From contig CAXXVZ010000003.1 of NCBI GenBank assembly GCA_963678065.2, positions 864,001 to 928,000 of the forward strand: a stretch of DNA of 64,000 bases. Reading direction: 5' to 3'. The stretch's first letter is position 1, and every line of letters starts with the position of its first letter. Of the stretch, positions 48,940 through 58,492 are shown in pieces. The notes below the pieces were generated by a model, which saw only the letters and a list, made by a program, of their open reading frames with translations, was not told the origin of the DNA and searched no databases. Made by a program: the position numbers and the translations under genes. The stretch is from Treponemataceae bacterium (GTDB lineage: Bacteria; Spirochaetota; Spirochaetia; Treponematales; Rectinemataceae).

Positions 48940-51900
48940 CAGTTGTCACCGCCGGGCTCAGTGTCCTGGCCACCTCGATAGTCTCGTAGACCTCGAGAGT
49001 GTCTCCCGTCTGCAGATCATTGCAGTTTTCTATGCCGATACCGCACTCGTAGCCTGCGGCCACTTCTTTGGCATCGTCCTTAAATCGCTTGAGCGAGGTG
49101 ATCTTGCCCTGGAAAATCTCGATATCCTCGCGGATGACGCGGACCTGGCAATTGCGCTTGACCAGGCCCTCGAGGACGAAGCAGCCGGCGACGATGCCGA
49201 CCTTGGGAACCTTGAAGGTATCCCTGACCTCGATCTTTCCGATCTCCTGTTCCTTGAGTTCCGGCGCCAGCATCCCTTCCATCGCCTTCTGGATCTCTTC
49301 CTGGGCGCGGTAGATGATGTTGTACTTCCTGATGTCGACTTTTTCCTGGTCGGCGAGGGCTTTCGCTCTGGCACTCGGGCGGACGTTGAAGGCGATGATG
49401 ATCGCGTCTGAGGCGGAGGCGAGGTTGACGTCGTCCTCCGTGATGGCGCCGGCAGCCGCCCTGAGGACGGAGAGCCTGACTTCGGACGTGGACAACTTCT
49501 CGAGGAGTCCCTTGAGGGCTTCGACCGATCCGTGCACGTCGCCCTTGATGATAACCTTGAGTTCCTGCACGGCGCCATCGTGAATGGTGTCGTAGAGGTT
49601 GTCGAGGGTGACTTTCTTGACGTTCTTCGCTTCCTCGTACTTCTTGAGTTCCTGGCGTTTGTCGGAGATGGCGCGGGCGAACTTCTCGTCCTCCACCACC
49701 TCGAAGGGGTCGCCGGAATTGGGGATTCCCTCGAAGCCGATCACCTCGACGGGCATCGAAGGACCTGCCTCGTTGATGCGCAATCCCTTGTCAGTGAAGA
49801 GCGCCCTGACCTTGCCGGGGAAGATTCCCGCGACGAAGGGGTCGCCGATGCGGAGGGTGCCCCGCTCGATGATGACGGTGGACACGATGCCACGCCCCTG
49901 GTCGATCCTGGACTCCAGAATCTTGCCTTCGGCGAATCTGTCATAATTGGCCGTGAGCTCGAGAACCTCGGCCTGGAGGAGGATTGCGTCGAGAAGCTCG
50001 GGAATACCCTTCTTCTGCAGAGCCGAAATCTCGCAGAACATGGTCGTGCCACCCCACTGCTCGGGGATGAGGCCGATCTCGGAGAGCTGGGTCTTGACCC
50101 TGTCAGGATTGGCTTCGGGGAGGTCGATCTTGTTGATCGCGACGATTATGGGTAGGTTCGCCGCCTTCGCGTGATCGATCGCCTCGCGGGTCTGAGGCAT
50201 GACACCGTCGTTCGCCGCGACGACGAGGACGATGATGTCCGTGATCTTGGCGCCGCGCGCCCGCATCTTGGTGAAGGCCTCGTGTCCCGGAGTGTCGAGG
50301 AAAGTTATCCTGCCCTTGGGTGTCTCGACCTGGTAGGCGCCGATGTGCTGGGTTATCCCGCCGAACTCGCCGGCGACGACGTCCGTCTTGCGGATCGCGT
50401 CGAGGAGTTTTGTCTTTCCGTGGTCGACGTGGCCCATGACGGTGACAATAGGAGGCCTGTGAACCATGTCCGATGCGATGTCGACCTTTTTCTCTATGAC
50501 GGTTTCGTCGTAGAGGGAGACGATGTGAACCGAACAGCCATACTCGCTCGCGAGAATCGTCGCCGTATCGGCGTCGATCTTCTGGTTGATCGTCGCCATG
50601 ACGCCGAGTCCCATCAGCTTTCCGATGAGTTCGGCCGGCTTTATGTTCATCTTTTTGGCGAGTTCGGAGACCGAGATGGTCTCCATGATGTCGATTTCCT
50701 TGGGGATGGCCATCGCCCTGGCTTCGGCCTTCTTTTTCTGCTGGAGCGCCTTCTCGGCTTCTTCGTCCCTTTTGGTGAAGGAGGTCTTGCGCTTGGTGAT
50801 CGGCTTGCGCATGGCAGTCTTGCCGGTGAGGGGAGTCGGACCAGTGCCAGGCTTTCCGCCCGGTCCCGGCCTGCCACCACCGCCGCCATAGCCGCCAGGT
50901 CTGCCGGGACCGTAGCCACCGGGCCTCTGTCCGCCATAGCCGCCCGCGCCGGGGGCGCCGGGTCTGCCGGGGCCATAACCACCGGGCCTCTGCCCGCCGT
51001 AGCCGCCTGGAGCGCTCTGGCCGCCGTAACCGCCGGACTGTCCCTGATAGCCGCCGGGTCTCTGTCCGCCGTAGCCGCCGCCCGAAGCCCCGCCCTGGCC
51101 GCCGTAACCGCCGGACTGTCCCTGGTAGCCGCCGGGTCTCTGTCCGCCGTAGCCGCCGCCCGAAGCCCCGCCCTGGCCGCCGTAACCGCCGGACTGTCCC
51201 TGGTAGCCGCCGGGCCTCTGCCCGCCGTAGCCGCCGCCCGAAGCCCCGCCCTGGCCGCCGTAACCGCCGGACTGTCCCTGGTAGCCGCCGGGCCTCTGCC
51301 CGCCGTAGCCGCCGCTTGAAGCCCCGCCCTGGCCGCCGTAACCGCCGGATTGCCCTTGGTAGCCGCCGGACTGTCCCTGATAGCCGCCGGGCCTCTGCCC
51401 GCCGTAGCCACCCGAAGATCCGCCCTGACCCTGGTAACCAGAAGGGCGCTGTCCGCCCTGACCGTATCCTGAGGAAGATTGTCCGTAACCGCCGGATCTC
51501 TGCCCACCGTAGCCGCCAGGAGATGAAGGCGAAGAGGAACTCTGACCGCCCTGATAGCCCCCCTGCTGTCCCTGGTAGCCGCCAGATCTCTGTCCGCCAT
51601 AACCGCCCGAAGCTCCGCCCTGGCCATAACCAGGTCTCGGAGCGCCAGAGCTGACAGGTCTTTGCCCGGGAACGGCACCCTGGGAACGCGGATCAGCATG
51701 ACCAGACTGTCCGCTCATGCCGGCCTGCGCTGGCCTGGGCTGCGCACCCTGGCCCGCCTGGAAGTTCCGCTGCGCGGAAGCGCCTTCCAAAGATCTCTCC
51801 GCAGACGGGGGCTGGGCTCTATCCGCAGGAGCCGCCTGATCAGATGACCGGGAAGGTGCCGGAGTCTGTTCCTGCCGTCCCGCCGACTGGGGCTGGATCT

Positions 51901-52234
51901 GGGATGAGTCCGCGGCCGGGGACTGGGTCCGAGACTGCGCAGATGACTCCTGACCGCTCGTGGGTTGGGAAACGGCGCGAAGAGCTTCGCGCGGGGCTCC
52001 CTCCGCCTCGCCACGGTCGGTCTCGACCTGCTGGGCATCGTCGTGGTGAGCCACCACGCGCGCCTGCGGCTTCTTTACGACGACGACTTTTTTCTTTACG
52101 ACGACGACCTTGCGCTTTTCGCCTCCGGCCTCGTGTTCCTGAGCCGGAACAACTTGTTCCGGATTCTGCGGAACGGCCTTCGGCTGTTTGATGAGATTTG
52201 CTTTCTTCTGCGGATTCTCGGTGTTATCGGTCAT
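48920..52234 (-). CDS. infB: Translation initiation factor IF-2
   Basis: [35 protein letters not shown]. Confidence 0.97.
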   Translation of the reverse strand: MTDNTENPQKKANLIKQPKAVPQNPEQVVPAQEHEAGGEKRKVVVVKKKVVVVKKPQARVVAHHDDAQQVETDRGEAEGAPREALRAVSQPTSGQESSAQSRTQSPAADSSQIQPQSAGRQEQTPAPSRSSDQAAPADRAQPPSAERSLEGASAQRNFQAGQGAQPRPAQAGMSGQSGHADPRSQGAVPGQRPVSSGAPRPGYGQGGASGGYGGQRSGGYQGQQGGYQGGQSSSSPSSPGGYGGQRSGGYGQSSSGYGQGGQRPSGYQGQGGSSGGYGGQRPGGYQGQSGGYQGQSGGYGGQGGASSGGYGGQRPGGYQGQSGGYGGQGGASGGGYGGQRPGGYQGQSGGYGGQGGASGGGYGGQRPGGYQGQSGGYGGQGGASGGGYGGQRPGGYQGQSGGYGGQSAPGGYGGQRPGGYGPGRPGAPGAGGYGGQRPGGYGPGRPGGYGGGGGRPGPGGKPGTGPTPLTGKTAMRKPITKRKTSFTKRDEEAEKALQQKKKAEARAMAIPKEIDIMETISVSELAKKMNIKPAELIGKLMGLGVMATINQKIDADTATILASEYGCSVHIVSLYDETVIEKKVDIASDMVHRPPIVTVMGHVDHGKTKLLDAIRKTDVVAGEFGGITQHIGAYQVETPKGRITFLDTPGHEAFTKMRARGAKITDIIVLVVAANDGVMPQTREAIDHAKAANLPIIVAINKIDLPEANPDRVKTQLSEIGLIPEQWGGTTMFCEISALQKKGIPELLDAILLQAEVLELTANYDRFAEGKILESRIDQGRGIVSTVIIERGTLRIGDPFVAGIFPGKVRALFTDKGLRINEAGPSMPVEVIGFEGIPNSGDPFEVVEDEKFARAISDKRQELKKYEEAKNVKKVTLDNLYDTIHDGAVQELKVIIKGDVHGSVEALKGLLEKLSTSEVRLSVLRAAAGAITEDDVNLASASDAIIIAFNVRPSARAKALADQEKVDIRKYNIIYRAQEEIQKAMEGMLAPELKEQEIGKIEVRDTFKVPKVGIVAGCFVLEGLVKRNCQVRVIREDIEIFQGKITSLKRFKDDAKEVAAGYECGIGIENCNDLQTGDTLEVYETIEVARTLSPAVTTDGRKKA
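51018..51410 (-). repeat. 78-bp tandem repeat (about 5 copies) encoding [26 protein letters not shown] in infB
   Basis: CCGCCGTAAC recurs at 51021, 51099, 51177, 51255, 51333. Confidence 0.9.
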
Positions 52235-52243
52235 ACCTTCCCT

Positions 52244-53692
52244 TTACGCTTCCTGGTCGTCCTCGTACTCGAAACTGAGCTCGACGCCGCACTTCGGACA
52301 ATGCAGCATATCCGGCGACACATGCTCGCCGCAATCAGGGCACACATACTCATCATCGGAGTGGGCTTCCGCAGCCTCCCCTCCTGTCTCTTCCTCGACG
52401 ACCTCGACATTCTCGGCCACAAGCGTCTTGAGGGCCTCGATCTCTTTCAGGGAAAGTCCATCGATGTTTTCGAGCCTCTCGTCGTCCAGGTTGCAGAAGT
52501 CTTCTATGAGATCGATGCCTTCGTCGTGGAGTATCTCCACCCAGGCTGGATTGACTCCGGGAAGATCGGAAATCCGGTACATTTCCTCGGCGACCGGCTG
52601 GTTGTCGCCGAACAGTTCGGAGACGGCGCGCTTCGCCTCGCTGGAGAGATCCACTTCCTGGAACTGCTCTTCGGTCTTGACATCGATATTCCAGTCACAG
52701 AGCCGGTTGGCGAGCCTGACGTTGAGACCCTGTTTTCCGATCGCGATGGAGAGCTGGTTTTCCGCGACGACGGCGAGCGCCATGTGCTTGGCTGCGTCGA
52801 GGATGTAAACTTCCCTGATTTCAGCGGGCGACAGGGCGTTTCTGATGAATTTCTTGGGGTCGACCTCGTACTTGAGGATGTCGACTTTCTCGCCTTCCAG
52901 CTCGCGGATGATGGATTGGATGCGAATACCCTTGAGTCCGACGCAGGCGCCGACCGGGTCGACATCCTCGCGCCGGGAAAAAACGGCTATCTTGGTGCGG
53001 AATCCTGCTTCGCGGACGATCTTGAAGACTTCCACGGTCTTGTCGTAGATCTCGGGGACCTCGAGTTCGAGGATTTTTCGCACGAACTCGGTGTGAGTCC
53101 GCGAGAGGATTATCATGGGCCCCGTCCTCCCCTTCTCTACCTCGACGATCATCGCCTTGATGCGATCGTTGGGATGGTAGGTCTCGCGGGGTGACTGGTT
53201 TTTCTTGGGGAAAATTCCTTCGATCTTGCCGAGATCGACGTAGATGACGCCGTTGCGCTCGCGCTGATAGTAGCCGATTATGATCTCGCCGACCTTGGAC
53301 TTGTATTCGGCGTACTGAGTGTCCCGCGAAATCTCGCGGAGGGACTGCCGCGTAGTCTGCTTTGCAAGCATGACGGACTGGAGGTCGAATTCCTTCGGAT
53401 CGACGGGCAGCTCCAGGATGTCGCCTATCTCTGCTTCCGCACTGTACTCGCGGGCTTCTTCGATGGATATCTCGAGAACGGGGTCGTCCAGCTCTTCCAC
53501 TATGGTTTTCTTGGCGAAGATATCGACTCCCTCAAAATTATCCCTGAAGCGGACGACAGCGTTCTCGTTGGTGCCATATTTCTTCTTGTAAGCAGCGAGG
53601 AGCGCATCCTGGAGGGTCTTGATGATGAGATCCTCCGAAATGCCCTTTTCGCTGATGAGCTGCCTGACAGCCTCTGCCATTTCTGAAGCCAT
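52244..53692 (-). CDS. nusA: Transcription termination factor NusA with C-terminal CxxC...CxxC
   Basis: LEVPEI, REAGFRTKIAV, DPVGACVG, AIGKQGLNVRLA. Confidence 0.97.
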   Translation of the reverse strand: MASEMAEAVRQLISEKGISEDLIIKTLQDALLAAYKKKYGTNENAVVRFRDNFEGVDIFAKKTIVEELDDPVLEISIEEAREYSAEAEIGDILELPVDPKEFDLQSVMLAKQTTRQSLREISRDTQYAEYKSKVGEIIIGYYQRERNGVIYVDLGKIEGIFPKKNQSPRETYHPNDRIKAMIVEVEKGRTGPMIILSRTHTEFVRKILELEVPEIYDKTVEVFKIVREAGFRTKIAVFSRREDVDPVGACVGLKGIRIQSIIRELEGEKVDILKYEVDPKKFIRNALSPAEIREVYILDAAKHMALAVVAENQLSIAIGKQGLNVRLANRLCDWNIDVKTEEQFQEVDLSSEAKRAVSELFGDNQPVAEEMYRISDLPGVNPAWVEILHDEGIDLIEDFCNLDDERLENIDGLSLKEIEALKTLVAENVEVVEEETGGEAAEAHSDDEYVCPDCGEHVSPDMLHCPKCGVELSFEYEDDQEA

Positions 53693-53695
53693 GTA

Positions 53696-54157
53696 CTAGT
53701 CTCCCTCCCGGGAAGAGTCCAGACGGGCCTTCGCGATCCGGGCGAGCTCGACGACGAACTCCGAGCCGGCATTCGCGAGGGTCACCCGGTCACCCTCCAC
53801 GGATACAATTTTTCCGTGTATCCATTCGCCGCCTTCCCTGTCAAGAATGCGGACCGTCTTTCCCTTGAATATTTCCCACTCGCGTCTGGTTTTGAGAGTC
53901 CGGTCGATCCCCGGGCTCGCCACCTCGATGAAGGGTTCCTGCACTCCGAGGACGACCTGGAGCCTCGGATACATGAGGCGGTGCGCCGTCACACACTGGT
54001 CTGTGCCCGTTCCGGCCGGTGAATAGATCACAGCCCTCACGTGCGTTTCCTTTCCCCGCCGGGAAAGCGTAAGCTCCAGAAGATCGAGCCCCACGCCGGC
54101 AAGGAGCGGTTCAATTTCGGAAAACAGTTTTTCCTGTTCCTGCATACTCTCTGTCAT
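53696..54157 (-). CDS. rimP: Ribosome maturation factor RimP
   Basis: IEVASPGIDRTL, IAKARL; first gene of the nusA-infB operon. Confidence 0.9.
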   Translation of the reverse strand: MTESMQEQEKLFSEIEPLLAGVGLDLLELTLSRRGKETHVRAVIYSPAGTGTDQCVTAHRLMYPRLQVVLGVQEPFIEVASPGIDRTLKTRREWEIFKGKTVRILDREGGEWIHGKIVSVEGDRVTLANAGSEFVVELARIAKARLDSSREGD

Positions 54158-54199
54158 TCAGTCCTGTTCCTTCCGCACTCGGGCAGAAGGGCTGTAAAT

Positions 54200-54226
54200 A
54201 AAAAAAAGAGTCGACCAGCGACTCTT
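54200..54226 (-). terminator. rimP leader terminator/attenuator
   Basis: AAGAGTCG-CTGGT-CGACTCTT with a following T run on the - strand, between promoter and rimP. Confidence 0.7.
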
Positions 54227-54273
54227 CTTATCACTAAGGAGAATCCGTTTCCGTGTTTTTACATGATGGCGAT

Positions 54274-54302
54274 ATAGTAACCGTTTTGCATGATCACGTC
54301 AA
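54274..54302 (-). promoter_or_regulatory. Sigma70 promoter for the rimP-nusA-infB operon
   Basis: TTGACG-N17-TACTAT on - strand. Confidence 0.75.
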
Positions 54303-54356
54303 TACATAGTGATATCCCGAGCCTTTCGCGAGGCTCGCGTGCGCAGTCCGATACGA

Positions 54357-55148
54357 TCAATCCGCCGCCAGGACCAGGGCGTGGACGCTGATCGAGCCGG
54401 AGGCCTTGAGGAGAGCCGCGCAGGTTTCCACTGTCGCCCCCGTCGTGAACACATCATCGACGATGACAGCGGACAGGGGGACGGGATGCTGCGTTTTTAC
54501 ATGGTAGGCCAAGCGAGAATTGAGTTCGCGATCCTGCCTCCCGAGCCTTTTCTGCTGCGCGGAGGCCGTCCGGCAGAGGCAGCGGGAAACCGGAACGTCA
54601 GAACGGGAGAGTCGGGAAATGATGGCCTCCACCTGATCCCAGTCCCTTCCTCCTGCCTTTTCCGGTCTCGGAGGCACTGGAACGACTATCGCGTCCGGCC
54701 AACGCGATTTCAGCTCTCCCGCAAGGACGGCGGCGAACCAGGGAGCGAGAGATTTCCGCTTTCCTGTTTTGTAAGCCCCGACGAGGGCGGCTGCGGCTCC
54801 GGAATACCTGAAAATCGGGATGACAGAATCGACGCTGTGGGAGCGGCCCCGACAGCGCATGCAGAGGCCCTGTTCGGAAATCAGTGTCTTCCCGCACTGA
54901 GCGCAGCGAGGCTCCCCGAGAGGTCGCAGTCTGTGCAGGCAAGGTGGACAGATGGGGAAATTGCGGGGAATGATCCCCTCCCCCGTCAGTGGAACAGGCA
55001 GCGCGGCTCCCCCGACTGGTTCAGACGACCCGGACCCGCCGCTCCTGATTCCGGGCAGCCATGTCCGCATCGGAGTGCCGCAGAGCACGCAGTACTGGGG
55101 AAACACATCTTCGAGGAAACTCAGCGCGGGGCGGAAAAGGAAATCCAT
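54357..55148 (-). CDS. ComF family protein
   Basis: Double Zn ribbon, VVPVP, IVDDVFTTGAT PRTase motif. Confidence 0.9.
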   Translation of the reverse strand: MDFLFRPALSFLEDVFPQYCVLCGTPMRTWLPGIRSGGSGSSEPVGGAALPVPLTGEGIIPRNFPICPPCLHRLRPLGEPRCAQCGKTLISEQGLCMRCRGRSHSVDSVIPIFRYSGAAAALVGAYKTGKRKSLAPWFAAVLAGELKSRWPDAIVVPVPPRPEKAGGRDWDQVEAIISRLSRSDVPVSRCLCRTASAQQKRLGRQDRELNSRLAYHVKTQHPVPLSAVIVDDVFTTGATVETCAALLKASGSISVHALVLAAD

Positions 55149-55171
55149 ACCTTTTCGTCGTGCGGCGAGCC

Positions 55172-57895
55172 TCAGCGCGATTGAAGCCTTTCACGGAATT
55201 CCGAAAGTTTGACAAGGGCCTTGAGGGGTGTCATGGACTCGATATCGAGTCCCGTCAACTCGGCCAGGACAAGGTCCCCGGCAGAAAAGAGGTCGCTCTG
55301 CGCATCGTGGACCAGCCGTACGGAATGTTCTGACAGCTCATGGCGTGACTTTCCGGTCCGCGAGGGCTCGGGTACCGCAACAAAGCGCTCCGTCCCCACG
55401 AGGCGTGATTGCTTTTCCTGCACGGCTTCGCCTTCCGTTTCGCCGCGCTCCGGATGACTCGGAAGGGACTGTTCTGCCTTCTCGAGCTGCGCCTGAATTG
55501 CCTTCGCCCGCTTCACCACATCTGAGGGCATGCCCGCGAGCCGGGCGACATGGAGCCCGAAGGAGCCCGTTGCGGGTTTCGCCTCGATGCGCTTCAGAAA
55601 GACGATATCGCCTTCCTCTTCGAGGACAGAGGGGCTCAGGTTGAAGAGCCGCGGGTGGACGAGGGCGGTCAGCTCGTGGTAGTGGGTGGCGAAGAGAGTG
55701 CGGCAGCGGATGGAATCGAGGAGTCGCTCGCTCACCGCCCAGGCGATGGCGAGTCCGTCCACCGTGCTCGTCCCCCTGCCCACCTCGTCCATGATAACGA
55801 GGCTGTCCGCCGTAGCGGTGTTGAGTATGTGCGCAGTCTCGTGCATCTCGACGAGGAATGTGCTCTCGCCCCGCGCGAGGTTGTCCTGAGCTCCGACACG
55901 GCAGAATATCTTGTCCACGACGCCGATTTCCGCCTCCTCGGCGGGAACGAAGGAGCCGCACTGGGCCATGAGGACGATGAGGGCTGTCTGTCGGAGAAAG
56001 GTGGATTTTCCGGCCATGTTGGGGCCCGTTATGAGGGCGAAGGAAGCGCCGCCAGCGTCGATATCGAGCCCGTTCGGCACGAACGCGGATTCTCCGAGCC
56101 ATGCTTCCACGACGGGGTGCCGACCCTCCCGGATGTGGATGGCCTTCCCCTCTGTGAGGTGGGGCCGCGAGTAGCCTCGGGCCGTCGCCACCCAGGCGAA
56201 GGCGGCGATGCAATCCTGGACGGCCGCGAGTCGACCCATCGAGAGAAGCTCGGGGACGACAAGCTTCACCTGTTCGCGCAGCGCAAGGAAGAGGCTCTTT
56301 TCGAGTTCGGTGATGCGCTCCGTCGCTCCATTGATCTCGCTCTCGAGTTCGGAAAGGCGGGCCGTCGTGTACCGCTCTCCCGTCACGAGGGATTGCCTTC
56401 GGATGAAGTGGGAGGGAACCGATTCCAGTTTCCCCTTGGAGACTTCGAGGTAATATCCGATTATGCGGTTGTATCGCACTCTGAGATTGGGAATGCCCGA
56501 AGTCGAGCGCTCCTCTTCGAGATAGGAGTCGAGGACAGTCGCCGAATCCTGCTTGATCGCCCGCAGTTCGTCGAGCTGGGTATTGTATCCTGAGCGGATG
56601 AGGTTGCCCTCGGTGATGAGGATGGAGGGATCTTCCTTGATGGCGGAATCGATCAGCCCGGCAATTTTTGAGGCCGAACCTGAGGCCGAATCCCCGCCAT
56701 CTCCTCCCAGAATTCCGGGTGCCCCCGCGCCCGCGAGGAGGGATCTGGCCTTGAGGCAGGCGCGGACGGAATCGCGGATCGCGAGAAGGTCTCTCGCGTG
56801 CGCCTTGTCCATGGCTGTCCGCGAGGCGAGTCTCTCGATGTCGAGGACGCGGCCGAGACTCTCCCGCAAGGCGTTGAGGAGGGACTGGTCGCGGTAGAGA
56901 AACTCGACGGCATCCAGCCGCTCGCTCGCGGCCGAGCAGGAAGCCAGAGGCTGGAGGAGCCACTGTCTGAGGAGGCGGGCCCCCGGAGCAGACTTGGTCG
57001 CATCGAGGACTCCGAGGAGGCTGCGGTTTTTCCCGGAATCCGAAAGGTTGCGCAGTATCTCGAGATTTTTGCCGGAGCCCTCGTCGATGCCCACGAATTC
57101 CCCCTCGTCGTGGGGCAGGAGGGCGGAAATCTGGGGTGAGGTGGTCTTCACGGTCTCGTCGACATAGCGCAGGAGGAAGGCGGCGGCGGCGAGCTCCGGC
57201 TCCTCGCCCGAGAAGCCGAGGCCCTTGAGGGAGGCAAGCCCGAATCTCCTGCAGAGATCTTTGGCGGCCATCGAGGCGTCGAAGCTCCAGTCGGGATATT
57301 TGCCGACCATGAGCCCCTCCACCCCCGCGACGACCTGGGCCAACTCCGGCGATTCGAGGAGGGATTGCTGGATGAGGAGTTCCCGCGGCATGAGGCGCGA
57401 GAGTTCGGCCGCGAGAAATCCGGGAGCGGCGCGGGCTCCGGGATCGGGCCTTGACAGGGCCCTGAAGTCTCCCGTAGAGACATCCAGCCAGGAGATGCAG
57501 ATCTTCTCTTCCAGTCTGCAGACGGCGACGATGTAGTTGTTGGCCGCCTGGTCGAGGAAGTCTTCCTCGACGGTGGTGCCGGGGGTGACGACTTCGACGA
57601 CATCGCGCCTGACTATTCCCTTCACGCTTCCCGGCACGTCGAGCTGCTCGCAGATGGCGACCTTCTTTCCGTGCTTAAGGAGGCGGGCGATGTAGGGCTT
57701 CGCGGCGTGGTATGGAATGCCGCACATCGGTTCACCCTGTCTGTGCGTCAGGGTGAGGTCGAGAAGGGCCGAGACCTCGAGGGCATCCTCGAAGAACATT
57801 TCATAAAAATCCCCGAGCCTGAAAAAGAGGACGGCGTCCCGGTAGCGCGCCTTCACTCCCTTATACTGCTCCATCATCGGAGATTTTTCTGTCAT
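55172..57895 (-). CDS. mutS: DNA mismatch repair protein MutS
   Basis: PMMEQY, GDFYEMF, TGPNMAGKST, DEVGRGTS, ATHYHEL. Confidence 0.97.
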   Translation of the reverse strand: MTEKSPMMEQYKGVKARYRDAVLFFRLGDFYEMFFEDALEVSALLDLTLTHRQGEPMCGIPYHAAKPYIARLLKHGKKVAICEQLDVPGSVKGIVRRDVVEVVTPGTTVEEDFLDQAANNYIVAVCRLEEKICISWLDVSTGDFRALSRPDPGARAAPGFLAAELSRLMPRELLIQQSLLESPELAQVVAGVEGLMVGKYPDWSFDASMAAKDLCRRFGLASLKGLGFSGEEPELAAAAFLLRYVDETVKTTSPQISALLPHDEGEFVGIDEGSGKNLEILRNLSDSGKNRSLLGVLDATKSAPGARLLRQWLLQPLASCSAASERLDAVEFLYRDQSLLNALRESLGRVLDIERLASRTAMDKAHARDLLAIRDSVRACLKARSLLAGAGAPGILGGDGGDSASGSASKIAGLIDSAIKEDPSILITEGNLIRSGYNTQLDELRAIKQDSATVLDSYLEEERSTSGIPNLRVRYNRIIGYYLEVSKGKLESVPSHFIRRQSLVTGERYTTARLSELESEINGATERITELEKSLFLALREQVKLVVPELLSMGRLAAVQDCIAAFAWVATARGYSRPHLTEGKAIHIREGRHPVVEAWLGESAFVPNGLDIDAGGASFALITGPNMAGKSTFLRQTALIVLMAQCGSFVPAEEAEIGVVDKIFCRVGAQDNLARGESTFLVEMHETAHILNTATADSLVIMDEVGRGTSTVDGLAIAWAVSERLLDSIRCRTLFATHYHELTALVHPRLFNLSPSVLEEEGDIVFLKRIEAKPATGSFGLHVARLAGMPSDVVKRAKAIQAQLEKAEQSLPSHPERGETEGEAVQEKQSRLVGTERFVAVPEPSRTGKSRHELSEHSVRLVHDAQSDLFSAGDLVLAELTGLDIESMTPLKALVKLSEFRERLQSR

Positions 57896-58452
57896 TGAGT
57901 CTTGCCGGATAGAGATTTCAGGACCATGTCCGTGATGTCGATGGAGGGACTGTACCAAAGCACGGGGCTCGCCGAGGAGTCCCCACCCCGCAACGAGAGG
58001 ACGATCGAGTACCCATCGGCCTCCGCCGAGGCCTGTATCTGTCGGTTGACTTGCTGGACATAGATCGGAGAAGGAGGCATTTTCCGGGCGAGGTCCTCGA
58101 GTAAGGGCTGCTTCAGCTTGATGTAGTCGCGCAGCTCGTCCATTTTCGCGGCGATTTCGGCATCCATCTGAGCAGAAACGGTCTGGTTTCCCTCACGGTC
58201 CGCGTCGGCCTTCCGCGCCTGCAGACTGCGGATGACATCGCTCATCCTGTCGATCTCGGCCTGGACCTCGGATTTTTTCTGGTCGAAATCGCGGAGGGCG
58301 GCCGGGTCCCGGGGGAGTGTGGCGAGTATGCGCGACAGATCGACCACGGCGATGCGGGTCAACTGCTGAGCGAAGGCCGTGCCCGTGCCCAGGGCGAAAA
58401 GGGCAGCAAGCACGGCGACACGAAAGAGGCGATGTATCCGGTTCATCGTCAT
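57892..58452 (-). CDS. OmpH/Skp chaperone
   Basis: Signal peptide, RIAVVDL, GYSIVL, IDITDMVL; downstream of bamA. Confidence 0.85.
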   Translation of the reverse strand: MTMNRIHRLFRVAVLAALFALGTGTAFAQQLTRIAVVDLSRILATLPRDPAALRDFDQKKSEVQAEIDRMSDVIRSLQARKADADREGNQTVSAQMDAEIAAKMDELRDYIKLKQPLLEDLARKMPPSPIYVQQVNRQIQASAEADGYSIVLSLRGGDSSASPVLWYSPSIDITDMVLKSLSGKTQ

Positions 58453-58492
58453 GCGTCTCCTTCCCTGATCTCCCGGGACCATGCCCGGGAGT

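Noticed and set aside
51018..51410. Regular repeats as a possible CRISPR array
   Set aside because: No unique spacers; in-frame 78-bp coding tandem repeat within infB; no cas genes.
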